DNA of 64,000 bases from a bacterium (lineage in GTDB: Bacteria; Zixibacteria; MSB-5A5; GN15; FEB-12): the NCBI GenBank assembly GCA_043811375.1, contig JBDRNJ010000019.1, positions 1 to 64,000 on the forward strand. Direction: 5' to 3'. Below, piece by piece: positions 8,553 through 17,335 of the stretch. The translations under genes were made by a program, and so were the position numbers. The notes below the pieces were generated by a model that saw only the letters and a list, made by a program, of their open reading frames with translations, was not told the origin of the DNA and made no database searches. The first letter of the stretch is position 1; each line of letters begins with the position of its first letter.

Positions 8553-10316
8553 TCAGAACTTATGGTCAAACCGGACATAGACTTTGGGGGCATTGTCCGA
8601 TGAGCGATCCAGACGCCTGGCCAGGTTGACGCGCAGATCATCTCCGAGGAAAACACCGATCCCCAGACAATGCTTCACTTCAACATCGCGTTTTATCAGT
8701 TTGGTGCCGTCGGTGATCTGGGCGCCGTCCCAGAAAACAACCGCCGCCAGATCGGTTCGTGGAAAATCGATTCGGTATTCAGCGTTGGCCATCCAGAAAC
8801 GATTGCCCATAAACTCCTTGTGTTTATATCCCCGCAGGGTTCCCAAACCGCCCAGGTAGTAACGCTTGTACATGGGCAGATAGCCGTCGCTGCCGCCGTA
8901 CATGACCCGCAGCAACAGCATGACCCGGCGATGGACTTTCTGATAGCGGTTTACCGACAATCGATAGCGCCGGTAGTCAAAGTCACTGTTGAGATCACTA
9001 TCGGACCACTCCAACTCACCGGTGAGATGCCAGGCTGACTTCGCGAAGCTGCTTTCGGGGTCGCGGGTGTCGAATACGACGCGACCTGTCAGACAGGAGT
9101 TCTCGGTAGAGTCGATCTCAGCGATACTTTGCTGACGAAAACCACTTTCAACACGGCTGAAGTTGTCCGCAAACAGCTTATCCCCGCCCAGCAACGACCA
9201 CAGGTGCGGTTGAGCATCGAGGCATTTGGTTCGCTCGAAGCGATAACGGGTCTCAAGTGTGACCGTCGGCAACGGCTTGAAGTGCACGTAGGCCGAGCCG
9301 CCTTCGGCCTCGTAGTAATCCTTGAAGTCCTCAGTCACCAGCAGGGTGAACACCAGGTTTTCATCGTCGGACAGCAGCCAGTCATCACCGGAGGCCAGCC
9401 GTCGATAGAACGACCCGCCCACAGCCAGCGGCAGGCTCCTCAGGATACACTGCTGGAGGCCAAAGTCGTAACGCCACCGTTCCGATTCGAAAGCGTACCC
9501 GCCCAGCGCCCAAAACGACGGCAGCACCGAATCGCGATCATCAAAGCGCATACCACCATGAGGTGTGGCGCCATCGACACGGTTATAGCGAAAGGTACCG
9601 GAAAACGAAAGTGTTTTTTCCCGACTTCGAAACCGATGCCGGTGAACAGCACGGCGTTTCTTGTCGGAGTATATTTCTCCGTACACAGATGCGTCCCGGG
9701 CGATATCGATGCGACCGGAGATCGATACCACATCTCCCCTGGCCACGGCACCGGGGCCGACGTAGATGTCTCCAAACAACGAGATAACATCCTTGTTCAC
9801 CTCGCCGTACACTTCCACATCACCCCTGATCGAGAGAACCAGCCCGCGCACAAACTCATCCTCGTCAATAATCATCGTCCCCGAGAAATCAAGTCGGTCT
9901 CCCCGCCGGGCACGCTGGGCGGTGCTGCCGGCCGGGTCCCGGGTGAAAAATGTTACTACCACCAGTTTCTCATCATCGATGACCCGGACGTCGGATATGT
10001 TCTGATACGGGAACTGCCGGCCGTTGAAGGTTAACCCGTCCTCTTCAAACCGTACTTCGCTGCTCAGGGCAACCGAGGACTCACCGGTCTCGATTTCGCG
10101 ACGGAGATACTGTCGAGTGGATGATTTCTCTTCCTCAAACACCGTCACCGAGATTGTCTTGCGGTCAAAAGAGATTTCAAAATACTCGTGTTGCCGACTG
10201 GATGATTTATAATCTTTGTATTGCGGTTCATCACCAACCGCGTCGGGCACCGCCAGGAATGTCAGCAACAACAGTGCTATGATTCGAGTAAGACATATAG
10301 AGAACTTCGAACGCAT
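8553..10316 (-). CDS. Omp85/BamA-TamA family outer-membrane barrel with N-terminal bactofilin-like beta-helix
   Basis: Signal peptide (ATG 10316 with GGAGG RBS); 'YLGGLGTLRGY' Omp85 loop motif; C-terminal Phe; GDV/GEV repeats. Confidence 0.7.
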   Translation of the reverse strand: MRSKFSICLTRIIALLLLTFLAVPDAVGDEPQYKDYKSSSRQHEYFEISFDRKTISVTVFEEEKSSTRQYLRREIETGESSVALSSEVRFEEDGLTFNGRQFPYQNISDVRVIDDEKLVVVTFFTRDPAGSTAQRARRGDRLDFSGTMIIDEDEFVRGLVLSIRGDVEVYGEVNKDVISLFGDIYVGPGAVARGDVVSISGRIDIARDASVYGEIYSDKKRRAVHRHRFRSREKTLSFSGTFRYNRVDGATPHGGMRFDDRDSVLPSFWALGGYAFESERWRYDFGLQQCILRSLPLAVGGSFYRRLASGDDWLLSDDENLVFTLLVTEDFKDYYEAEGGSAYVHFKPLPTVTLETRYRFERTKCLDAQPHLWSLLGGDKLFADNFSRVESGFRQQSIAEIDSTENSCLTGRVVFDTRDPESSFAKSAWHLTGELEWSDSDLNSDFDYRRYRLSVNRYQKVHRRVMLLLRVMYGGSDGYLPMYKRYYLGGLGTLRGYKHKEFMGNRFWMANAEYRIDFPRTDLAAVVFWDGAQITDGTKLIKRDVEVKHCLGIGVFLGDDLRVNLARRLDRSSDNAPKVYVRFDHKF

Positions 10317-10343
10317 ACAAACCTCCGTTTTCTCCAACCACAA

Positions 10344-10360
10344 AACAAACTCCGTGCCAA
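10344..10360 (-). promoter_or_regulatory. Putative sigma54 (-24/-12) promoter
   Basis: Minus strand TTGGCACG-GAGT-TTGTT versus consensus TGGCACG-N4-TTGCW; directly downstream of a sigma54 activator gene. Confidence 0.65.
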
Positions 10361-10447
10361 CAAGTCAAGTTGTGAATCGGCACCGGTTTAGAGTAAACGA
10401 CACCTGAGCAACTGTGGGCTGCCTACACAGCACGGCACAGTTATCGT

Positions 10448-11791
10448 TCAATTCTGTTTGAGTCTCATATCCTTGATTTTCCGTGACAGGTTGGCCCGGT
10501 CGGTTTTGAGCAGGCGGGCTGTTTCGGAAATGTTGCCATTGGTATCAGCCAGCGTGCTTTGTATCAGGTACTTCTCAAAATCGGCCACTTTGTCGGCCAG
10601 AGACGTTGGCTGATCGCTGAGAGCGGGCTGGAAACCGGGCCGGGCGCAGGCATTCAGGCTTTCGGCATCGACAGTGCGGCCGGAGAAAAGAATAGTGAGC
10701 CGCTCGATGATGTTTTTCAGTTGGCGTACGTTGCCCGGAAAATCGAGACTAACCAGACAGGCCAGGGCTTCCGCCGAGAGTCGCGTAGTTCCGGCGGGAT
10801 CAAACCGCTTCAGAAATTCGCCGGTAAGCAGGGGGATATCATCACGACGTTGACGTAGTGGCGGCACGGTGATCTCAAAAACGGACACCCGGTAGTAGAG
10901 GTCCTGCCGAAACCGACCCTGTCCGACCAGGTCGGACAGGTTTTGGTTGGAGGCACAGATTACTCGCGCATCGACGGTCCGGGTCTGCTCGGAGCCGAGC
11001 ATCTGGATTTCGCCGGATTCCAGCACCCGCAGCAGCTTGGCCTGGCAATCCAGGGGCAGGTCGCCTATTTCATCGAGAAAGATTGTGCCGCCATCAGCCA
11101 GAGCAAACTTACCGGGATAGTCCCGCACCGCTCCCGTGAAGGCACCTTTGAGATGTCCGAACAGTTCCGATTCAAAAAGCGTGGGTGGGATTCCCGGGCA
11201 ATTGACTTTGACAAACGGCCCCTCCCGGCGGCCGCTCGCCAGATAGATACGTGCCGCCACCAGTTCCTTGCCGGTGCCGTTCTCGCCGGTAATCAATACC
11301 GTAGTATCGGTAGCCGCCACCTGAGCCACCGTTTGCAGCAATTTTCGCATCGGCGGGGAGTTACCGACCATCCGTGAGCGGCTGTCGATATCATCAACCA
11401 TCAGGTAACGTCGGCGTTCGGCGGCAGCGATCAGCAATGCCGACCGCACACCGGCCAGAAGGCGCTCCGCCGGCACCGGTTTCTCCAGATAGTCCAGGGC
11501 ACCCAGCTTAATTGCCTCCAGCGCCGTGGGGATATCGGTTTGACCGGATACCATCAGCACCACCGGCGGCCAGGGTTGTTGCCGCAGTCGCTTCAGGAAC
11601 GCATTACCGGACTCACCCGGCAGACAGATGTCGAGCAGTACCAAATCGTAGTTTGTCTGTCGACAGGCCGTTGTCGCTTCTTCTGCCGACCGGGCTGTGC
11701 CCACACGGTAGCCTTCATCGCCGAGCAGCGACGAGAAGGATCGCACAATACCGGGGTCATCATCGACTATGAGTATCTTCGCTGATGTCAT
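10448..11791 (-). CDS. Sigma54-dependent response regulator (REC-AAA+-HTH, NtrC/NtrX-like)
   Basis: REC 'ILIVDDD..LLD'; GENGTGKE; ESELFGH; GAFTGA; FLDEIG; Fis-type HTH. Confidence 0.95.
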   Translation of the reverse strand: MTSAKILIVDDDPGIVRSFSSLLGDEGYRVGTARSAEEATTACRQTNYDLVLLDICLPGESGNAFLKRLRQQPWPPVVLMVSGQTDIPTALEAIKLGALDYLEKPVPAERLLAGVRSALLIAAAERRRYLMVDDIDSRSRMVGNSPPMRKLLQTVAQVAATDTTVLITGENGTGKELVAARIYLASGRREGPFVKVNCPGIPPTLFESELFGHLKGAFTGAVRDYPGKFALADGGTIFLDEIGDLPLDCQAKLLRVLESGEIQMLGSEQTRTVDARVICASNQNLSDLVGQGRFRQDLYYRVSVFEITVPPLRQRRDDIPLLTGEFLKRFDPAGTTRLSAEALACLVSLDFPGNVRQLKNIIERLTILFSGRTVDAESLNACARPGFQPALSDQPTSLADKVADFEKYLIQSTLADTNGNISETARLLKTDRANLSRKIKDMRLKQN

Positions 11792-13224
11792 TGGCTGTCC
11801 TTTCGTCGTGGCAGGAGTATCGTCATCCGTGTGCCGTGTCCCCGGCGAGAGTTAATCAGCAATTGTCCGCCCATTTCACTGATCATCTTTTCGACTATGG
11901 CCAGCCCCAGACCGCTGCCTTTTTCCTTGGTCGTAAAGTACGGCATCGGCGCCGCCGCCATTTCATCGGGCGACATACCCCGGCCGGTGTCCTCGACAAT
12001 GATGGCGACGGCGTCCTGCTGCTGTTGCAGTTCGACGGTGATACGGCCTTGCTCCGGGGAAGCATCCCCGGCGTTTTGCAGCAGATTGTGCAGAGCTTCC
12101 CTCAGGTATGTCTGATCGGCGTCGACGGAAATTGTCTGTGACGGCAGTTGCAGAGAAAAGCGGTAAGCAGACAGCTGTTCATGATACAGACTGGCCAGCG
12201 ATTGCAGAAGCCGGTTTAGATTCAGGTGCCTCATATCAGGCGACGGCAGTTTAGCTAATTGTGAAAACCGATCGGCCAGTTGGGTCAGGTGTCGTATTTC
12301 CTGAGAGGCTGCCTGCAGGGCTTCCCGAGCCGGAGTCTGGGGACCGTCCAGTGATTTTTCAAGGCGATACAGCGAAATAAGTATTGGCTGCAGGGGATTT
12401 TTCAATTCATGAGCAAAGCGTCGAGCGACATGGCGCCAGGCGGCCACCCGCTCACTCTGCGCCAGACGGGTGGTAAGTCGGTCCAGACGCCGGGCCATGA
12501 TGTTAAAGCTGTCTATCAATTCCCGGATCTCTCCCTCACCGGTCGGGCCGACCTGGTGTTTGAAGTTCCCGGCGGCAATCTCACGGGAGGCCGCACACAA
12601 CTCGGTCAGCGGTCGGGTGACTTTGCCGGCAAAGCGCGCCGCCAGGAAGTAGGCCGCAGCGGCCGTCACCAAAACCAGGACAGCAAAAACCAGCAGCAAG
12701 AAAGACAGGTAGTGCGGGCGCAATTCTTTTGCCAACTGCCCGGATGCGTAATCACTCTGCACCGATGTCATCAATTGGGAGTATTGCTCGCTATGCACAA
12801 CTCCGGCGCAAAGCAATATCGTATCCGACAGTTGCCGACAGACAAATTGATACAGGCGGCCGTCGACCCGGGCGAACCCCTGCCGCCGATCACTCAGCAG
12901 TTCCAGTTCGTCGGCCAGCTTCCGGACCAGAGTCGTGTCACCGACCTGTACGCCGAGGTCCGCACCGGTCTGCCGAAACAGGAAGTCAAACAGTGGCGAC
13001 GGTCGACTGTTCTCTGTATTTTCCAGGAGACAGTTATCCAGTCGTTGAAAAAACAGATCGCTGTAATAGGTGTTCAAATCACGTGCGTAGCGGCTAGATG
13101 GTGAAGGCGGCAGGGAACTGGTTTCCACCGCCAGGTAATAACCGGCCAGCACCAGCCCCACCGCCGGCACCAGGGCAAAAAGCAGAAACAACCGAAAGAG
13201 TCTGGCAGCGAACTGTGACTTCAT
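11788..13224 (-). CDS. Membrane HAMP sensor histidine kinase (NtrY-like)
   Basis: Two TM helices, HAMP, 'ARRFAHELKNPLQPI', 'GSGLGL'; overlaps the response regulator start. Confidence 0.9.
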   Translation of the reverse strand: MKSQFAARLFRLFLLFALVPAVGLVLAGYYLAVETSSLPPSPSSRYARDLNTYYSDLFFQRLDNCLLENTENSRPSPLFDFLFRQTGADLGVQVGDTTLVRKLADELELLSDRRQGFARVDGRLYQFVCRQLSDTILLCAGVVHSEQYSQLMTSVQSDYASGQLAKELRPHYLSFLLLVFAVLVLVTAAAAYFLAARFAGKVTRPLTELCAASREIAAGNFKHQVGPTGEGEIRELIDSFNIMARRLDRLTTRLAQSERVAAWRHVARRFAHELKNPLQPILISLYRLEKSLDGPQTPAREALQAASQEIRHLTQLADRFSQLAKLPSPDMRHLNLNRLLQSLASLYHEQLSAYRFSLQLPSQTISVDADQTYLREALHNLLQNAGDASPEQGRITVELQQQQDAVAIIVEDTGRGMSPDEMAAAPMPYFTTKEKGSGLGLAIVEKMISEMGGQLLINSRRGHGTRMTILLPRRKDSQ

Positions 13225-13233
13225 AACACCCCG

Positions 13234-13800
13234 TCATTTACGATAACGGCGCGTGTAGTCGGCAAAAGCCAGGACATGAGATTCAAACGCGATGTCATCG
13301 GGAAGATCGTCAAACGGAAAAAAACGAACGTCGAGAGCGTCGTCGGCCGGCTTCATGGTGCCACCGACAACATCGGCCAGATAGAGTATCAACAGTGCGT
13401 TTGTTCGGGGGTCGTCATTGCCGGAGTACACGTCAAACAGCGACGTCAGGCGTATCTGCAGGCCGGTCTCTTCACCGACCTCCCTGACGGCCGTTTGCCG
13501 GGGGTGCTCATCCCATTCCATGAAACCGGCCGGTATACACCACCATCCGATACGCGGCATGTGGGCTCGTTTGACCAGCAGGATCCGGTCATCATCAACT
13601 ATGATAGCACCGACTGCCGGTACCGGGTTCTGATAAAAAACGAACCGGCAACTCTGATCCGGGCATATCATCCGTCGGCGATGATCGACTTCACTGACCA
13701 CCAGCGCTTGACCGCACAACGGACAGAAGCGGTAGCCACAGTGAGAATTTTTGCGTTCTATAAGCTTTTTCTCGTCGAAATCCTGTTGATGATTATCCAT
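13234..13800 (-). CDS. NUDIX hydrolase with N-terminal zinc ribbon
   Basis: FCPLCG..CPDQSC; Nudix box 'GFMEWDEHPRQTAVREVGEETGL'. Confidence 0.9.
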   Translation of the reverse strand: MDNHQQDFDEKKLIERKNSHCGYRFCPLCGQALVVSEVDHRRRMICPDQSCRFVFYQNPVPAVGAIIVDDDRILLVKRAHMPRIGWWCIPAGFMEWDEHPRQTAVREVGEETGLQIRLTSLFDVYSGNDDPRTNALLILYLADVVGGTMKPADDALDVRFFPFDDLPDDIAFESHVLAFADYTRRYRK

Positions 13801-16048
13801 GGCCGGCCACACTGTCGTTCATTTTGATGGTGATAATGGTCGTGTCGTCCCGCGGGGGATAAGTTGGATCATGACTGCGCACGTCGTTTAAGATCATGTC
13901 AATCAGGTTTTGCGGGGTCTGGTCACGGTGTTGCACCAGCATCCGGCAAATGCGCTCCTCGCCGTATTCCTGCTCATCGGTGTCCATAGCCTCCGACAGG
14001 CCATCGGTGAAAAGAAACAGCACGTCATGTGGCTGCAACTGTACATCGCAGGAAACATATTCCGTGTGGGGCAGGGCACCGATCACCATACCGCCCTCCT
14101 TGAGCAACTCGATCTCGCCGTTGCGGCGTATCAGGATCGGGTAGTTGTGACCGGCGTTGGCGTAGCAAAAACGACCGTGCCTGGTGTCCAGCTCACCGTA
14201 AAACAGGGTCGCATATTTTTCTGCCGAGGAAGAGCGCAGGATCTGCTGATTCATATTTTTCATCATGATGTTGATACGGCTGCCGTTGTTGACTTCGCTG
14301 CGTACCATGGCCTGAATCTGGGCAATCATAAGTGCCGCCGGCATCCCTTTGCCGGAGGCATCGGCGATTACCACCGCCATGGCATGATCGCTGATGGCAA
14401 TGAAATCATAGAAATCCCCTCCTACGGTCCGTGACGGCATGGAATGAGCGGCAACTGTAAACGACTCGATCTGCGGGGGCTTCGAGGGCTGCAGAGCCAG
14501 TTGAATCTGTCGCGCCATGTTCACTTCTTCCTGCAGGCGTATCCGCTCCAGGGAATCCACGTATAAGCGAGCATTGGTCAGAGCCGTAACGATCTGGTTG
14601 GACAGCACACCCAGCAGGTTGATATCTTCCGAAGAGTAGTGATAACCGGCGGCCTTGTCCGACAGAGCGACGAAACCCAGCAGGTCATTGGCATCCTTGA
14701 GAGGCAACACCAACCGAATACGATTCTCCGACAGGAATGCGGCCAGTTGTGAGCCTTCGGAGTAATCCGACAACGAATGCATGAACGTCGGAGTATCCAG
14801 CAGGTTGATACCCCGCAGCATCAGATCTTCACGAGCCAGCACTGTGCGCCGGGGACGGCCTTCCCCGGGCAGGATAGCGTACTCACCGACCGTATCGTCA
14901 AACAGCACGAAGTATACTCGTTCAACCAGCAGAGCCGTCTTCAGGGTTTCCTCGATTATCCGCAGCAGTTTCCTGGGATCGAAAAGGGAGATTACCTGGC
15001 GTGAGAACCTCTCCAGTACATTACGATGATCGCTGCGCGTGCGAATGAACATCGACTGAACGAGATTGTCGATCCAGTTGTTGATCGGTTGAAACAGCAG
15101 CAGGATAAGGATGATAAAGCCGTAGCCGACTACCTCGGCCTGGTCACCAAACAGAGGTCCCAGTATCTTCCTGGCTTGCACCACTACCAGGATATAGATG
15201 CCGACCAGCAGACCGGACATGATTGTGACCACGAATGACTGGCGGAAAACCAGGCGAACATCAAGGAATTGATGTCTGATGACGGCGAAGATAAGATATG
15301 CCGTCCATATCAGCAGAGCGACCAGAAACAATCCCAGTTTCAGGTCGTCTGAAATCTTCTCGGTCAACAGTAACGAAGCCACCAGGGTGGCTGTGTAAAG
15401 ACCGCCACCAGCACGAGTACCCCAAAGTACCAGGCGTGTCTGTGTTAACAGTCGCGGGTTGGTTACGAGTCGGCGACCGGACTCCAGGAAATAAAGAGCC
15501 AGAATCAGGTAGAACAGGTGAAAGACACTGAAGATGGCCAGTCGGTAGGTGTAAATAAGACCTATCAGTACAAATAATAGTGAGGTCAGCTTGGCCACCG
15601 GTTTGAGCAGCACACTGGAAAATCCTTCCTGGGCGGCGCTGGTCTCAAGAAACTGCACCGCGGCGGCGATCTTGTCGAAAAACAGGGCCAGGGCCACGTG
15701 CAGCAACTGGGGCAGGAAAATCAGGTATTTGACACGAAGGTGCTTAAACCCGCGCAGGCGATCGACGGGGAAAATCCAGGAAAAAAGCAGCATCAACGGG
15801 AAAACCAGATACCAGATATGCTGCAAGTGATATAGGGGCGACTCCTGCAAACTGCCGGTAGAGTCGGCCTGCTGCATGATGGTACCCAGGGCGACAAACA
15901 ACGGTCCCAGGCCGGCAAACAGCAACATGGCCCCCGTTACACGGTTCAACCGACTGGCAAAACTGTCCCGGGTAACCATGATCGCCAGAAAGATCAAAAA
16001 TCCCCCGGACAAGAAACATACTACTATTTTGACTAACTGCCAGTCCAT
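13793..16048 (-). CDS. Membrane-bound GAF + SpoIIE/PP2C phosphatase (RsbU-like)
   Basis: Multiple N-terminal TMs; GAF; VGGDFYD, ADASGKG, NAGH, FTDGLSE, DDTT. Confidence 0.9.
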   Translation of the reverse strand: MDWQLVKIVVCFLSGGFLIFLAIMVTRDSFASRLNRVTGAMLLFAGLGPLFVALGTIMQQADSTGSLQESPLYHLQHIWYLVFPLMLLFSWIFPVDRLRGFKHLRVKYLIFLPQLLHVALALFFDKIAAAVQFLETSAAQEGFSSVLLKPVAKLTSLLFVLIGLIYTYRLAIFSVFHLFYLILALYFLESGRRLVTNPRLLTQTRLVLWGTRAGGGLYTATLVASLLLTEKISDDLKLGLFLVALLIWTAYLIFAVIRHQFLDVRLVFRQSFVVTIMSGLLVGIYILVVVQARKILGPLFGDQAEVVGYGFIILILLLFQPINNWIDNLVQSMFIRTRSDHRNVLERFSRQVISLFDPRKLLRIIEETLKTALLVERVYFVLFDDTVGEYAILPGEGRPRRTVLAREDLMLRGINLLDTPTFMHSLSDYSEGSQLAAFLSENRIRLVLPLKDANDLLGFVALSDKAAGYHYSSEDINLLGVLSNQIVTALTNARLYVDSLERIRLQEEVNMARQIQLALQPSKPPQIESFTVAAHSMPSRTVGGDFYDFIAISDHAMAVVIADASGKGMPAALMIAQIQAMVRSEVNNGSRINIMMKNMNQQILRSSSAEKYATLFYGELDTRHGRFCYANAGHNYPILIRRNGEIELLKEGGMVIGALPHTEYVSCDVQLQPHDVLFLFTDGLSEAMDTDEQEYGEERICRMLVQHRDQTPQNLIDMILNDVRSHDPTYPPRDDTTIITIKMNDSVAGHG

Positions 16049-16076
16049 AGCCGACTATTCCCGGTAGAGTCAACCT

Positions 16077-16496
16077 CTACAGTTGTTTGGTAATAATCAC
16101 CGTAGTTCCCCGCCCGGAGGTCTCGATGACGACACTATCCATCAGGGAACGGACAATAAAGATCCCCCGACCGGCTTCTTTGAGCAGGTTTTCATCGGCC
16201 AGGGGATCGTCTATCGAGTCCGGGTCAAAACCGCTGCCCGGATCGGAAACACCTATCTTTATCAGACCGTCGGTTCTGTCAATAGTTACAACAATGGGTT
16301 GTTCGGGTAAGGAAGCACTGCCGTGAGCCACAGCGTTATTGATCAATTCGGAAACGGAGATGGCAATGTCGGCAATGGCCGATTCCTCGGCTCCATGCCG
16401 TCGCAGAAAACCCTCGACAAACTCATCAACATCGGTGAGGTATTTCAGGCTGGCCGGGATGGAGATCGAGTTGTCCGAGATAACAGGTTTGTCCAT
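16077..16496 (-). CDS. Anti-sigma factor / Ser kinase (RsbW-like)
   Basis: 'ISVSELINNAVAHG', 'DPGSGFD', 'GRGIFIVRSLMD'; start placed at MDKPV with AGGAG RBS. Confidence 0.9.
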   Translation of the reverse strand: MDKPVISDNSISIPASLKYLTDVDEFVEGFLRRHGAEESAIADIAISVSELINNAVAHGSASLPEQPIVVTIDRTDGLIKIGVSDPGSGFDPDSIDDPLADENLLKEAGRGIFIVRSLMDSVVIETSGRGTTVIITKQL

Positions 16497-16583
16497 CGGC
16501 TGAGAATCTCCTAAGAAGACAGGCAGGTCACCGGGGAGCCTTCCTGCCATGCAGATTTATTTTAGAACGGGAGCACAACATGC

Positions 16584-16922
16584 TCACTTGAGGGACGTTA
16601 CCGCTTCCCCTACGGAATCGTAGGTGTCGAATACTGTGACCAGCTTGGTGATGGTCAACAGAGACTGTATCTTGTCGGTAACATTGGCCAGCTTGAGTTC
16701 GCCGTCATTGTTGCGCAGGGTAGTGTAGCTGGATATCAGGATACCAAGTCCGGTTGAGTTCATCCAGTCAACCTGTGACAAGTCAATGACGACCTTTCTG
16801 TTGCCCGCCTCGATAATCTCATGCAGCTTGTCATGAAGTAGACTGGCGTCCGGGCCACCCATGATCTTGCCTTTGGGCTGCAGGATGATGACTCCATCCT
16901 GTTCACGGTCAGTAAGTTGCAT
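16584..16922 (-). CDS. STAS anti-sigma factor antagonist (RsbV-like)
   Basis: 'DLSQVDWMNSTGLGILI' STAS motif. Confidence 0.92.
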   Translation of the reverse strand: MQLTDREQDGVIILQPKGKIMGGPDASLLHDKLHEIIEAGNRKVVIDLSQVDWMNSTGLGILISSYTTLRNNDGELKLANVTDKIQSLLTITKLVTVFDTYDSVGEAVTSLK

Positions 16923-17335
16923 ATTGGTACTGCCTCCGAAATCAGGTTATTTCTGATACGTTGCTTTCAAATCCCAGGTTTCCATCCACTGATCGAGTCA
17001 ACCAGGTAATGTCGGATACCCAATACCGACCGACAGGAAACCTGCCTAAACTTTTAATCAGCCCAATATTGACGGGCAAGTCAAGGGGATTCTCGACCGG
17101 GGAAATGGTATGGGATCGACACGGCTTATATCTTACCGGTGGAATCGACCCGGATGATCAATTTCTCTGTGAAAGGATTACCCATGGCGTTGTTCAGTTA
17201 AAGTAAGCACCGATGATATTGATGTCCGGCCTGCTGCCGCGGCTGGGAGCGGTAATCACTTGAAAAAAGAGTAGCATACGCTATATTATCCCTAACTGAG
17301 TCGGTCTTACAGAACTACTACCGGGAAGGAACATT

